Shown: piece by piece, positions 1 through 10,976 of the stretch
Position numbering within the stretch: the first letter of the stretch is position 1
Layout: every line of letters starts with the position of its first letter
NCBI GenBank assembly: GCA_963828735.1
Contig: CAWHFW010000005.1
Coordinates: forward strand, 544,001 to 608,000
From: an uncultured Gemmatimonadales bacterium
GTDB taxonomy: Bacteria > Gemmatimonadota > Gemmatimonadetes > Gemmatimonadales > GWC2-71-9
DNA: 64,000 bases
Reading direction: 5' to 3'
Translations under genes and position numbers: made by a program
The notes under the pieces: generated by a model
What the model was told of the DNA's origin: nothing
The model's input: the letters and a program-made list of their open reading frames with translations, nothing else
Databases searched by the model: none

Positions 1-2093
1 ACCCGGCGCTGGTGGCGTGGACGGATACCGCTTTCGGCGGAGCCCTCAACGGCGACTTCGGATCGATCTCGCGGACCAACGACGCGAACGCCTTCCTTGG
101 CAAGCTCGACTTCCGTCTCGGCGAGAAGCACAACGCGTCGCTCAAGTACAACTACACCCGCTCGAACCAGCAGAACGGCACCTTCGACGTGGACTCGTGG
201 GGTCGAAGCTCCAACGCGCTGGAGCAGGACCACTCGCATGCCGTGAACGGCAGCCTGACGTCCCTGTTCTCCTCGTCGCTGTCGAACGAGTTCCGGTTCC
301 AGTGGGCCCGCGAGGACCGGCCGCGTCCATACGAGGGCGCGATCAATCCGGCGACCGGGCGTCCGTTCCCCGACACCGACATCCCCTTCATCGGCTCGAA
401 CGGCATCGAAGGCTACCGGATCGGCATGCCGTTCTTCATCCCGCTGCAGACCGCGTACGACTTCCGGTTCCAGGTGCTGGACAACATCTCGCTGCTGCGC
501 GGCAACCACCTGTTCAAGTTCGGCGCGGAGTGGAACCGGACCGGCGTGAACCAGACGTTCCTCGGGTTCGCGAACGGTCGCATGATCTTCAACTCGCTGA
601 ACGGATTCCTCAATTACGCCGCCAACGGGCCCAGCTATGTGGAGTGCGCCCAGGACGGCACCAACGCGCCGACGCCGCCGCAGCTCACCGGCGCGTGTCC
701 GACCGGCGAGCACATCACCGGCCCCCTGTCGACCTACCTGCAGCAGGCGGGTGTCGGCGGGTTGACGGTCGAGGAGGCGGGCACCCAGACCATCATCCAG
801 CACGAGCTCGCGCTGTTCCTCCAGGACAGCTGGAAGCCCAAGGCGAACCTGACCGTGAACTACGGCCTCCGATGGGAGGCGCAGATCCAGCCCAGCCTCA
901 TCACGCCGATCGAACAGCTCTTCTATGCCCCGTTCATCGGACAGACCGTGACCAACTCGGTGGGCACGTTCGAGTTTCCTGGGGACGGCACGATTCCGAG
1001 CGACTACAAGATGTTCCAGCCACGCCTGGGGATCGCGTACGACGTGAAGGGCGACGGCAAGCAGGTCCTTCGCGCCAACGCGGGCCTCTACTACGCCCGC
1101 ATCCCGGGCCTCAACCTCGCGAGCAGCCGGAGCACGGACGGCTCGCGCGGACAAACCCTGTTCACGAACAGCGCCCTCAACGCCGTCCTGGGCGCGCCGC
1201 CCGCGTACGGCGATCTGCTCCCGAGCCCGACCGGCGGGCCGTTCTTCCCGGGTGTGTTCGTGTTCGACAAGAATTTCGAGAACCCGAGGACCTTCAGCGC
1301 CACGTTCGGGTACGAGCGCGAGGTGTCGCGTGGCCTGGCTGCCAGCCTGAGCTACACGTATGCCAGCACGGATCACCTCACGCGGTTCATCAACCGCAAC
1401 GACGCCGTGTTCGGCACTCCGTGGGGAACGGGCCTCGAGCCGGGTGGCACCAACGGCATCGGGACGCTGACCGTGGTAGAGAGCAGCGCCAAGTCCCGCT
1501 TCAACGGGATCACGGCCGAACTCAAGCACCTCGGGAACGACCGGATCCAGTTCGAAGCGAACTACACGCTCTCCTACGACAAGTCGGATGACGACAACGA
1601 GCGCGACCCCTTCACCTTCCGCTACGCGCAGGCCGACTCGCTCGACCGCGAGTACAACTGGAGTGATCGCGACCAGCGCCACCGGTTCAACGCCTGGGTG
1701 CTGGCGATCCTGCCGGCCGATTTCTACCTCAACAACCGGGTGAGCGCCTATTCCGCGCAGCCAGTCTCGGAGATCTGCGGCCTGAACAACGAGGGCACCG
1801 GCCAGCGCGCCGTGCAGCCGTCCCAGCGCATCTGCCCCGACGGCCACATCCTTCAGCGCAACACGATTCGCCGGGACAACGCGTTCTTCTCGTGGGACAT
1901 CCGGCTCTCGAAGCCGTTCCCGATCGGCCCCCACAGCACGTTCGAGGCGATCTTCGAGGTGTTCAACGTGACCAACACCGACAACTTCAAGGACCCGTCG
2001 TCCAGCGGCACGTTCGCCAACTTCGACGGCACCATCCGGAGCGGGCTCGGCGAGCCGCGGCAGTTCCAGGTGGGAGGACGCTACCTGTTCTAG
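1..2093 (+). CDS. TonB-dependent receptor, Oar-like (5' partial)
   Basis: Long beta-barrel ORF open at the window start; motifs FLQDSWK..NLTVNYGLRWE, FQPRLGIAYD, FEVFNVTN and C-terminal PRQFQVGGRYLF. Confidence 0.9.
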   Translation, partial: PALVAWTDTAFGGALNGDFGSISRTNDANAFLGKLDFRLGEKHNASLKYNYTRSNQQNGTFDVDSWGRSSNALEQDHSHAVNGSLTSLFSSSLSNEFRFQWAREDRPRPYEGAINPATGRPFPDTDIPFIGSNGIEGYRIGMPFFIPLQTAYDFRFQVLDNISLLRGNHLFKFGAEWNRTGVNQTFLGFANGRMIFNSLNGFLNYAANGPSYVECAQDGTNAPTPPQLTGACPTGEHITGPLSTYLQQAGVGGLTVEEAGTQTIIQHELALFLQDSWKPKANLTVNYGLRWEAQIQPSLITPIEQLFYAPFIGQTVTNSVGTFEFPGDGTIPSDYKMFQPRLGIAYDVKGDGKQVLRANAGLYYARIPGLNLASSRSTDGSRGQTLFTNSALNAVLGAPPAYGDLLPSPTGGPFFPGVFVFDKNFENPRTFSATFGYEREVSRGLAASLSYTYASTDHLTRFINRNDAVFGTPWGTGLEPGGTNGIGTLTVVESSAKSRFNGITAELKHLGNDRIQFEANYTLSYDKSDDDNERDPFTFRYAQADSLDREYNWSDRDQRHRFNAWVLAILPADFYLNNRVSAYSAQPVSEICGLNNEGTGQRAVQPSQRICPDGHILQRNTIRRDNAFFSWDIRLSKPFPIGPHSTFEAIFEVFNVTNTDNFKDPSSSGTFANFDGTIRSGLGEPRQFQVGGRYLF

Positions 2094-2116
2094 ACGACGC
2101 GATCAAAGCATGGAAC

Positions 2117-2157
2117 GAAGAAAAGGAGGGCCCGATCCGGGCCCTCCTTTTCGCTTC
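2117..2157. terminator. Bidirectional intrinsic terminator
   Basis: AAAAGGAGGGCCCG-atc-CGGGCCCTCCTTTT perfect hairpin between convergent genes. Confidence 0.85.
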
Positions 2158-2176
2158 ACACCACCCGCCCCCTCGG

Positions 2177-2827
2177 TCAGAACGTCAGCGTCAGCACCAC
2201 CGCAAAGGCCCGATTCTTGACATCCGCCCCCTCCAGCACCGACCGCACCCCACCCGTATAGCGCGCCTCGAGCGCCATCGCCGACTGCGGCCATCGAATC
2301 TCGAGGCCGCCACCCACGACGAGGCCGAAATCGACCTGACGAAAGTCCGAGATGCCGGCTTCGGAACAGACCACGCGGACGGGAGAGTTGGGATCGATGA
2401 GCTGGAGATTGCAACCGATCTGCAGCGAGGTCGCGGCGCCGCCGAAGAACATCGGACGGTATCGCCCGCGGGTCGGGCCGATCCGGAGGAGGACGGGCAG
2501 CTCGATGTAGGCGAGCTCGATGTCGAGGTCCCTCGTGACACCGCTGTCCACGGTCGTCTGCGCGCGCCCGCCCTTCAATGCGAAGAGGAACTCCGTTCGG
2601 AGGAAGAGTGGCGGCTTGATGGGCAGCTGCACGTAGACGCCGGTCAGGGCCCCCTGGCGGCTCTGCACGCGCTCCGCGTCGCTGCCACCCAGGTCGCTGC
2701 GCGAGTAGCCGAGCTCGCCGCCTACCGCCGGGCGGAGGCTGGAGCGCTGCGCGGGCGCCTGCGCGGACAGCAACGCGGGCACGAGGAGAAGCATGAGAAT
2801 GAAGATCGGGAGGTGGCGAGCCGCCAT
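2177..2827 (-). CDS. Outer-membrane beta-barrel (porin family/PorT-like) protein
   Basis: Signal peptide, YIELPVLLR motif, alternating beta strands, terminal Phe. Confidence 0.8.
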   Translation of the reverse strand: MAARHLPIFILMLLLVPALLSAQAPAQRSSLRPAVGGELGYSRSDLGGSDAERVQSRQGALTGVYVQLPIKPPLFLRTEFLFALKGGRAQTTVDSGVTRDLDIELAYIELPVLLRIGPTRGRYRPMFFGGAATSLQIGCNLQLIDPNSPVRVVCSEAGISDFRQVDFGLVVGGGLEIRWPQSAMALEARYTGGVRSVLEGADVKNRAFAVVLTLTF

Positions 2828-2864
2828 GCCCCGAAGTTAACTCCGCCAGGCCCGGCGGGCGCGG

Positions 2865-4436
2865 CTAGTTCGGGCCGTTCGGATGGTCGAGGACTTCGCG
2901 GACCTTCCGGGCGAGGTCGGCGGGTGCGAACGGCTTCTGCAGGAACGGCTCGCCGTCGTCGATCATGCCGCGGCGGCGCAGGTCGTCGAGGGAGTAGCCC
3001 GACATGAGCAGCACCGGCAGGCTGCTTCGACGGCGTGAAAGCTGGGTACGGAGGCTCCGGCCGTCCACCACCGGCATCGCGATGTCGCTCACGACGAGCT
3101 GAACGGCGTCGTCGTGCCGATCGAGTACCTCGAGCGCCTCCTGCCCGTTCTGGGCCTGGAACACGCGGTAGCCCTCGGCCCTGAGCGCGCGGGCGGCGAT
3201 CGCCCGCATGTGCGGCTCGTCCTCCACCAGGAGCACGACCTCGTCGCCCCCGGTCACCCCGAGGTCGCTCGCGGTCGCCTCGACGGACAGCGCCTCGACG
3301 AGGGGGAGGTGGATCTGGATCGTGGTGCCATGCTCTCGCTCGCTCTGTGCCCACACGTAGCCGTCGGCCTGCTTCACGATTCCATACACCGCGGCCAGCC
3401 CCAGTCCGGAGCCCTTCCCCACGTCCTTGGTCGTGAAGAACGGCTCGAAGATGCGCTCCACGGTCCCCTGCTCCATCCCGATGCCGGTATCGCTCACGGC
3501 GATCCGGACGTAGCGGCCTTCGCGAATCGGAAAGTCGCGCCGAGGGCCGCGGCCGGGCTCCGGAAGCGTCACCTCGCGCGTTTCGATCGTCAGCGTTCCG
3601 CCGCCCGGCATCGCGTCGACCGCGTTGAGCACCAGATTGAGCAGCACCTGTTCGATCTGACCGCGCCCGATCTGCACGTGATGGGGCGACGCGAGCCGGG
3701 TCTCGAGTCGGGACTTCTCGCCCAGGGTCCGCTGGAGCACCGGAGCGAAGGCCTGAATGGCGCCGTTCACCTCGAGCACCTCGGGCTGGACCAGGTGACG
3801 GCGGCTGAACGTGAGCAGCTGCTGGGTGACGGCCGCCGTGCGCTCGGCCGCACGCCGCACCTGATCCAGATCGCCGCGGACGTCGGCGGGGATGTCGGCA
3901 CGGCGCAGGATGAAGTCGGTGAAGCCGATCACGACGGCCATCTGATTGTTGGTTTCGTGCGCCATGCCGCCGGCGAGCCGGCCGAGGGCCTCCATCCGCT
4001 GGACCTGACGAAGGTGCTCCTCGGAACGCCGCTGCTCGGTCACGTCCGCCGCAATCCCCACGATGCGGACCGGGCACCCCATCTCGTCCGCCACCACCCG
4101 TCCCGCCATGCGGATCCACGCCGCCGAACCGTCGTCGCGCAGCAGACGGAACTCCACGGTGTGATCGCCACCCTCGGCCAGTCCCCGCTCGACGGAGGCG
4201 CGCACGCGACGGGCGTCCTCCGCCGTCAGCCTGGCGAGCAGCGCATCGAAGGTGCCTGGGAGCCAGTCGTCCGATCCGATCAACACTTGGGCGGCATCCG
4301 AGGACCAGATCATGCCCCCGGTGCGGACGTCGAGGTCCCACGTGCTCATGCGCCCAACCGCGAGGGCGAGCCGCACGCGCTCCTGGGGCTCACGCATCGT
4401 CAGTTCCGAGATCACGCGTGTGGGTTCTGCCCGCAT
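2865..4436 (-). CDS. PAS-domain hybrid sensor histidine kinase/response regulator
   Basis: PAS, H-box LAGGMAHETNN, NLVLNAVDAM, DTGIGM, FFTTK..GSGLGL, receiver with SDIAMP/KPF; start uncertain. Confidence 0.92.
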   Translation of the reverse strand: MRAEPTRVISELTMREPQERVRLALAVGRMSTWDLDVRTGGMIWSSDAAQVLIGSDDWLPGTFDALLARLTAEDARRVRASVERGLAEGGDHTVEFRLLRDDGSAAWIRMAGRVVADEMGCPVRIVGIAADVTEQRRSEEHLRQVQRMEALGRLAGGMAHETNNQMAVVIGFTDFILRRADIPADVRGDLDQVRRAAERTAAVTQQLLTFSRRHLVQPEVLEVNGAIQAFAPVLQRTLGEKSRLETRLASPHHVQIGRGQIEQVLLNLVLNAVDAMPGGGTLTIETREVTLPEPGRGPRRDFPIREGRYVRIAVSDTGIGMEQGTVERIFEPFFTTKDVGKGSGLGLAAVYGIVKQADGYVWAQSEREHGTTIQIHLPLVEALSVEATASDLGVTGGDEVVLLVEDEPHMRAIAARALRAEGYRVFQAQNGQEALEVLDRHDDAVQLVVSDIAMPVVDGRSLRTQLSRRRSSLPVLLMSGYSLDDLRRRGMIDDGEPFLQKPFAPADLARKVREVLDHPNGPN

Positions 4437-4680
4437 GTGCCTGCCGTCGGTGGCATACGTTGAACGTCCAACCGCCAGTCGGCGGCAGCCTGGTCGTTTC
4501 CAAGCCAAGGCTCCGATTGTAGGACAGTCGAGCAGTTCACGAAGTGTCGGGGAGCACACGGGGGCGCGGCCCGCGGGTGGTCGGGTGGCGGGTAAGCTCA
4601 GGCGAGGCTTTGGCCTACGGGCACGGCGGGACCGTCGCGACGCAAGGTCGCAACCATCGATCAGCGATGGCGACGCCGCG

Positions 4681-5295
4681 CTAGGTGGTGCAGCGAAACA
4701 CGCGCGCGGGGAGCACGTTCAGGGGCTCGAATTCCTGTCGCACGTGCCCGAAGACGCGGCGCAGCTCCGGCAGGGCCGACCGGGTGAACTGGTAGACCAC
4801 CAACACCCCGCCCGGCCGAAGCAGCCGCCGCCATGCCGCGATCAGCGCGAGCCGGTCGGTCTTGGTGAGGCTGCTGAGTGGAATCCCGGAGACCAGCAGA
4901 TCGACGGAGCCGATGCCGCGCTCCGCGAGCGCCTCTCCGGCCTCGGCGGCCGATCGGTGGACCACCGTGAGCCTGCGATCCGGAATCTCGTTTCGCAGGT
5001 GAGCCACGAACGTCGGGTTCATCTCGAAGGCGAGAAGCATCCCGTCGCCACCGAGGCGCCCGAGAATCGGTGTGGTCAAGGTGCCCACGCCGGGGCCGGC
5101 CTCCACGACCACCCTCGTGCCGGGCCAGTCCACCTGACGCAGGACGCGGGAAATCAGGAATCGGCTGCTGGGAACGACCGAGCCGAGCATTCGAGGGTGT
5201 CGGAGGAAAGTTCGGCCAAAGAGGAGGCCGGGAGGGAGCGGCCGGCGGCGGGCCGGGGCCGGATAGATTTCTTCGCCGTGCTCGTTCGTCGCCAT
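4681..5295 (-). CDS. Class I SAM-dependent methyltransferase (phospholipid N-methyltransferase-like)
   Basis: GSVVPSSRFL, VVEAGPGVG, VSGIP, YQF and PLNVLPARV motifs. Confidence 0.8.
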   Translation of the reverse strand: MATNEHGEEIYPAPARRRPLPPGLLFGRTFLRHPRMLGSVVPSSRFLISRVLRQVDWPGTRVVVEAGPGVGTLTTPILGRLGGDGMLLAFEMNPTFVAHLRNEIPDRRLTVVHRSAAEAGEALAERGIGSVDLLVSGIPLSSLTKTDRLALIAAWRRLLRPGGVLVVYQFTRSALPELRRVFGHVRQEFEPLNVLPARVFRCTT

Positions 5296-5463
5296 CAATG
5301 TAAGTACAGCCGACCGGTCACCGCGGCAAGAGAGGCGGGTCACGACGGAAACCGCCGTCGGGGGGCAGATTGACCCATTGCCAGGGCAGTTGGTGAGCCT
5401 CACCTTGTCCACGGAAGGCCGCCTACAGAGATTTCAGTGCGATTCTTCTCCTGAAGGTTGTGC

Positions 5464-5895
5464 ATGCCCGAGCCCACCCACACGCGCCCCACGAACCACC
5501 CGTCCGTCCTTCTGGTCGAAGCGGAGCCGATGCTTCGCATGACCATGACCAAGTTCCTGCAGCGCTCGGGGTATCAGGTCACCGCGTGCCCCGATGCTGC
5601 GGCCGCCGAGGCCTTCCTCGTCGGCGCTTCCTCCGGGCCGGACCTGATCGTACTCGGCGTGCGAGTGCTCGACCGCGCCACCGCGCTGGCCGCGCGCCGC
5701 CTGCGCGATGCGGCACGCGACGTACCGATGCTCGGCATCGCCGACGTGCTGCACTACGACGGCGGCGAGGCGCCCGCCCTACCGGACAACCTCCGCTTCC
5801 TCGCCCATCCCTTCGACATGCCCGACGTGCTGCGCGCGGTTCGCTCGTCGCTCCGCCAGCCCGGCTCCGGAACGGCCATCAGCCAGCAGGCCTGA
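5464..5895 (+). CDS. Atypical single-domain response regulator (pseudo-receiver)
   Basis: Receiver fold (VLLVEAEP, PDLIVLG, FLAHPF) with the phospho-acceptor Asp and conserved Lys substituted. Confidence 0.7.
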   Translation: MPEPTHTRPTNHPSVLLVEAEPMLRMTMTKFLQRSGYQVTACPDAAAAEAFLVGASSGPDLIVLGVRVLDRATALAARRLRDAARDVPMLGIADVLHYDGGEAPALPDNLRFLAHPFDMPDVLRAVRSSLRQPGSGTAISQQA

Positions 5896-5933
5896 TATCG
5901 CCGGTTCGCAGGACCGCGGGCATAGACTCGTCG

Positions 5934-6572
5934 CTACTCGGCGGCCTCTCGCCTCGCGCGAGCCGGCCGCGAGGCCAGATCCACGCGCGTCTCTCCCTGC
6001 CGATACGCCGGATTGCGGATCCGGTACCAGAGCGTCTCGGGCGCATACGGGTCGCGGCCGCGCTTGGCCACGATACCCTCGAGGTCCATACGTCGTGCCG
6101 CCGCGAACAGGGCGCGGCCGTGCTCCTCCAGCGTGAACACCTTGTAGAGCGGCCCGGTGTCCGCGGGGAGCAGCTCGGCCAGACGCCGCTTTCGTTCGAC
6201 GAGCGGTGCCGAGCGGAGGTCCGCGCCGTCCAGCCACAGCAGATCCGACGCCGCGAACGCGAGGTAGCCGCGTCCCTTCAGCAGCTCCCGGAACACAGGC
6301 TTGCCCTTGGAATCGAGCGAGACGATCTCGCCGTCGAGGATGGCCTCATGGCCTTCGAGCACCCGGGCGACGCGCTCGCGCAGCTCGCTGAACGTCTCGA
6401 AGTGCGCGTCCTGTCGCGCCCTGAGATCGCAGCCATCCCGGGAGCCGTACAGTAACGCCCTGAACCCATCGTACTTGGGCTCGAACATCCAGTCGGGGCC
6501 GTCGAACGGCTCTCGCCACGGCAGCAGGCTTATGGGTTCGGCGTCGGGAAGAGCGCTGGTGATCGTGGGCAT
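5934..6572 (-). CDS. ATP-dependent DNA ligase, adenylation domain only
   Basis: EPKYDGFR (motif I), ILDGEIV, DLLWLDG, LEGIVAKR. Confidence 0.85.
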   Translation of the reverse strand: MPTITSALPDAEPISLLPWREPFDGPDWMFEPKYDGFRALLYGSRDGCDLRARQDAHFETFSELRERVARVLEGHEAILDGEIVSLDSKGKPVFRELLKGRGYLAFAASDLLWLDGADLRSAPLVERKRRLAELLPADTGPLYKVFTLEEHGRALFAAARRMDLEGIVAKRGRDPYAPETLWYRIRNPAYRQGETRVDLASRPARARREAAE

Positions 6573-6965
6573 GGACGGGCTCCGGGGCCGCGGCAACGGC
6601 CAAGAGTCCTCCCCACGAGGAGGGATCGCAAGCTTGGAGAATTGGGCGGCCCCGAGCCGCCTACACGAGGTGCGCCGAAGATGTTACGACGCAGAAGCGG
6701 GTTATGCCAGGGGTGGCACTGCCTGGAGGCGGCCTGTGTCATCACGCCCGGGGCGTCAACGGTGGTGGCGCGTGGACTCGTTACACGTGTGGCAAGTGTG
6801 TGCAGAAAATTGGGTGGAAATGTTCAAAAGCGCGGCTGACAGTGGAGGGCCATGTGCACGGATCAGTGGACAGCCTGCGGTCATCCGTCACGCTCGGAGA
6901 AACGCAGGTAGCCATCTGGCGAGAATGTGACCCGTCAACGACGGGACAACCGTCAGGCCGATGGG

Positions 6966-7550
6966 TCAGGCTGTTTCGCGCTGATAGTGCAGTCCCACGA
7001 CGCCCGTCGGATAGGGAATGGCGGAACTCAAGGTGAACGTCGCATGCACCCCGTTCGGCAGGACCCGCTTGCCGCTCCCCAACGTCAGTGGATACACCAG
7101 CAAGTGGAGTTCATCGACCAGGTCGTGCGCCAACAGGGCGTGGACCAACTGGCTGCTGCCGTCCGTGACGATGTTCCTGCCAGGCTGTGCCTTCAGGGCG
7201 CGCACCGACTCGATCACGTTCTCCCGGATGATGGTGGTGTCCCGCCAGGTTGGGCGCTCGAGCGTCCTCGATACCACGTACTTCTCGGGTGTGTTCATCA
7301 TATCCCCGAAGGGATCACCCGGAGCCATGGGCTCGAACGCCGCGGCGTGTGTCACATACGTGCGTCGCCCCAGCAGCAGCGCGTCGACGTTCTTCATCAG
7401 CGCGCCGAAACTCTCGCCGATGGCGTCGTGCCAGTAGGGCAGCGTCCAGCCGCCGTGCTCGAACCCTCCGTCCCGGTCCTCGTCCTTGCCACCCGGCGCC
7501 TGCATCACGCCGTCCAGCGTCACGAACTCGGAAACAATGAGCTTTCTCAT
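6966..7550 (-). CDS. Dihydrofolate reductase/RibD C-terminal family protein
   Basis: EFVTLDGVMQAPG, LLGRRTY, KYVVSRTL, GSSQLV, LVDEL..P..LGSGK. Confidence 0.9.
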   Translation of the reverse strand: MRKLIVSEFVTLDGVMQAPGGKDEDRDGGFEHGGWTLPYWHDAIGESFGALMKNVDALLLGRRTYVTHAAAFEPMAPGDPFGDMMNTPEKYVVSRTLERPTWRDTTIIRENVIESVRALKAQPGRNIVTDGSSQLVHALLAHDLVDELHLLVYPLTLGSGKRVLPNGVHATFTLSSAIPYPTGVVGLHYQRETA

Positions 7551-7611
7551 GGGATCTTCCCTTGGTGTCGTCGTTGTCGATGGAGGCCTGAGCGTCCGGT
7601 CTCATAGAAAC

Positions 7612-7638
7612 GTCGAATGGCGTGCGGCCAAGTCGACA
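7612..7638 (-). promoter_or_regulatory. Putative ECF42-type sigma promoter
   Basis: TGTCGA-N17-CGAC on the minus strand, ~60 nt upstream of the DHFR-family gene. Confidence 0.45.
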
Positions 7639-7740
7639 CCGGACCAACGCCGAGTTCCGCCACGGCTTCGAGCAAGAATGAAGGCAGGGGCTCATCATCC
7701 TGGGGCTCAGCCATGGCCGGACCCGCCTTGCTTCGGCCCG

Positions 7741-8959
7741 TCAATACGCCTCGCCGACGCCAAAGTAGAACAGCCCGCCGTCCCGACCCCACGAGTAATC
7801 GAACCGCATGTGCATCGGAAATTTCTTGGTCAGCTGGTAGCGCAGCCCGAAGCCGCCGGCCAGCAGCATCTGGGCCGTGAAAATGTCGCCCGCGCTCGGC
7901 GCGACCTGGCCGAAGCCCCCGAAGGCGGTGGCGCCAAAGCGACCGGAGGAGTGATAGCGCAGCTCCGCCTGGCCGGTCGTCATCACCGAATCGCGGTACC
8001 GGCCCTGGGTGTAGCCGCGCAGCCCCCCACGACCGGACCCGATGGAGCACATGGTCCAAAAGGGCGAGCCCCCGCTCACGCCACAGGCGCTCAGATTGGT
8101 GGCCAGCGCCAGCTGCTCGCCGCGGAGCGGCGTGTACCACGACCCCGAGAACAGGTAGCGCTGAAACGTCCGCGAGCCGCCGAGCGCATCGGTGAAGAAG
8201 AACGCCTTGAGCCGAACGAGGATGCCGTGAGTCGGCCAGTAATCGCTGTTGCGGGTATCGCCCTCCCCCTGAAGCCCCCACGCGAAGAGCCCGGTGCGCG
8301 CGGTGTCCGCGGGGACGGGCACCGGCAGCGACGCCCAGGCCCGCCGTGTCGCGCAAGGCGATGGAGGCCTCGATCCAGAGCGCGGTAACGCCGAGGTAGA
8401 CGCCGTGGGTGACGCGCCGGAGGGCCGCCCCCGTCACGAAGTTCATGTTCTGCTGGAGGCCGATGGACTTCCCGGCATCGCCCGCCCCTTGGCCGATGCC
8501 GTAGAAGTCGTAGCGAATTTCGGGGTGGCTCAGGAGTACGCGCAGGCGCCACTTGTCGCCCCCCAGCTTCGCATTCTCGACCGCCATGATGCCCCAGCTC
8601 CCGTTTTCGGTCACGAAGCCGCCCGCCATCCCGGTCGAGGGCTTGACCGCAGGGTCGGAGTCGAACTTGTGGATGAGTCCTCCCATCAGCATGAGGCCCC
8701 ACCCGACCTGCGTGTTCTTGAACGGGATCGGGGCGACCATCGGGGTGACGGACTTGCCGGTGCTCTGGGCGGCGGCTTCACTGGGATCGGACTCGGGTTC
8801 GAGGCTCGGTGAGGTCACGGCCTCCGGCTCCACCACGACCGACCCGCCCTCCTCCGATTGCGCGACCGCAGCCCGGAAGGGGAACGATGCCGCGGCCACG
8901 ACGAGCGGCAAAACGGCCGCGCGAGTTGCGTGGGCGGTGATTCGCCCGATACGGCGCAT
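7741..8959 (-). CDS. BamA/TamA (Omp85 surface antigen) family outer-membrane protein, frameshift near 8325
   Basis: N-terminal part in ORF 7547-9121, C-terminal part in ORF 7741-8322 with LRGYTQGRYRD, GGFGLRY and terminal VGEAY. Confidence 0.75.
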
Positions 8960-9446
8960 GCTTCCTTGATGAGACATGGCTCTCCAGGCGCCTCTTTGGG
9001 ACTCTGGCGAGGTCAGAGGCCAGGAACGACCATGGCGGCGATCTCGCCGGGGTGGCCGGGGCGGCTCAGCACCGCGGCTGTCTGTCGATGTCGGTAAGGG
9101 CCTACTGGACCTCCGGTCCATCGCCCGAGGTCGGAAAGCGGCCGTGGTGCAGGTAGGGTCAGGAGGGCCACGCTACTGTCCACAGTGCGGGGAGGGGAGT
9201 GGACTTTGGTCCAGCCACGGCGAGTGGTCAGTACCCAGGACCAGCATCAGTGGACTCTGGACGGGAGGTCATGCCAGGATCCGCATTGAGCACGAACGCC
9301 CATGTCCCGTTGGGCGGCGAAACTCAGCGCGGAGCAGACGGACGCCGCACCTCACACCACGGGCCGCCCGGATTACACGCGAACTGACGGGCTTACCTCG
9401 TTCGTTTGTCGTGCAGGGGACCTACTACGAAGGTCCCCCCACAACG

Positions 9447-10661
9447 CTACATCGCGCCTGCGACTTTCGTGGGCTGGAGCCGCCGCATGGTGGTGCCGTC
9501 GCCCAACCCGCCGCTGAAGTTGTCTCCCCAGCAGTAGCCCACCCCCGCGGGGGTCCTGGCACATCCGTGCGCGAAGCCGGCACTCACTTGGTCGAACAGG
9601 TGGCCGCCGGCGACGGGAGTCGGCATGTGCTGCTCGATCAGGTTTCCGGTGCCGAGCTCGGCATTCTGGTTCGTGCCCCAGCAGTAGGGAACCTTGGCTG
9701 TGGTGATCGCGCAGGTTTGGTAGGCTCCCGCGGAGAGATCCTGGATAGCGAGCCCGCCGCTCACCGCCCTGGGCCAGAGCCGCCTGTTGGTCTTGTTGTC
9801 GCCGACCTGACCGAACGTGTTGGCTCCCCAGCAGTACGCCTTGTCCGCCGACGTGACGGCGCAGGTGTGGAAGCCGCCTGCATCCACCCGCCGGTAGAGG
9901 CGACCCCCGACCACCAGCACGGGCGTTGTCCGCGCCTCCCTAGTGCTGTCGCCCAGTTCGCCATCCGTATTGATGCCCCAGCACCGCGCGCGGTCGTCCA
10001 TCGTGACACCGCATGTATGGTTCCACCCCGCGTCGACATTGCGGAACCGGAAGGAGCCGCCCACCGCGACCGGCCTGAGCCGCCGGGTGATGGTGCCGTC
10101 GCCGATCTGGCCGGTGGCGTTGCCGCCCCAACACCACAACCGGTCGTCGGTCGCCACGCCACAGGTGTGGGCCAGCCCGGCGGTCAGCTGGCGAAACAAA
10201 TGACCACCCAGCACCGCGACCGGCATGTGCCGGTCCATGACGGTGCCGTCCCCCAGTCCCCCCGCATTGGTGACGCTGAACGAGTTGGCGCCCCAGCAGT
10301 AGGCGCGGCTGTCGGTGGTGACGGCGCAGGTGAAGTCATAGCCCAGTGTGACCTGGCGGAAGCGGAGGGCGCCGCCAATGGGCACTGGACGCAAGCGCCG
10401 ACTGGTTGTCCCGTCGCCGATCTGGCCCTTGGTGTTCGATCCCCAGCAGTACAGCCGACCGTCGGCGACGATGCCGCAACTGTGGCCCTGGCCAGTGCCG
10501 GCTGCGACCTGGGCGAACACCAGGGCACTAGTGGTAGCGAGGGAGGGCAGACTCGCCTGTGGAGTGGAGGGCGCGACCTCTGTGGGCAACGCGGCGTCGT
10601 CGCGGCAGCCGAGCGCCGCCAGCAACAGCGCGGTTGCGGCTATCCGTGTTCGTGTGTTCAT
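9447..10661 (-). CDS. RCC1/BLIP-II repeat lipoprotein
   Basis: Lipobox-like LGC; repeated HTC..YCWG.N..GQ.GDG units. Confidence 0.9.
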   Translation of the reverse strand: MNTRTRIAATALLLAALGCRDDAALPTEVAPSTPQASLPSLATTSALVFAQVAAGTGQGHSCGIVADGRLYCWGSNTKGQIGDGTTSRRLRPVPIGGALRFRQVTLGYDFTCAVTTDSRAYCWGANSFSVTNAGGLGDGTVMDRHMPVAVLGGHLFRQLTAGLAHTCGVATDDRLWCWGGNATGQIGDGTITRRLRPVAVGGSFRFRNVDAGWNHTCGVTMDDRARCWGINTDGELGDSTREARTTPVLVVGGRLYRRVDAGGFHTCAVTSADKAYCWGANTFGQVGDNKTNRRLWPRAVSGGLAIQDLSAGAYQTCAITTAKVPYCWGTNQNAELGTGNLIEQHMPTPVAGGHLFDQVSAGFAHGCARTPAGVGYCWGDNFSGGLGDGTTMRRLQPTKVAGAM

Positions 10662-10976
10662 GAGCCACTCCCGTGAGTTGACGAAGAGCCGACTCCTATG
10701 ACGGACGTAGCCGAGCCGGCGCAGGGCCGGAATTGTGGTGGACGGGTCCAGGCTACTGTGTCTCAGTCAAGCCGGTATCAAGTCGGGAGAAGCGCCCGCC
10801 CCGACGGGTGGCCGGAAGGCAAGGTTCGACGAGTAGTGGTGCCTATGGTACGCTGTCTGGCAGGACGGCCACCCACGCCTCCATCTGACGTTGCGCCGCC
10901 ACTCGCTCATCACTTGAGAACTCATCTCGTTACTGTGTACCGTCTCCGGGAGCGAGAGTCGGCTCAGAGTGCGGGC

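Noticed and set aside
6600..6960. Distal att end of the oldest element
   Set aside because: Non-coding and compositionally odd, but I found no tRNA-Ile fragment or tandem GTTACTG motif
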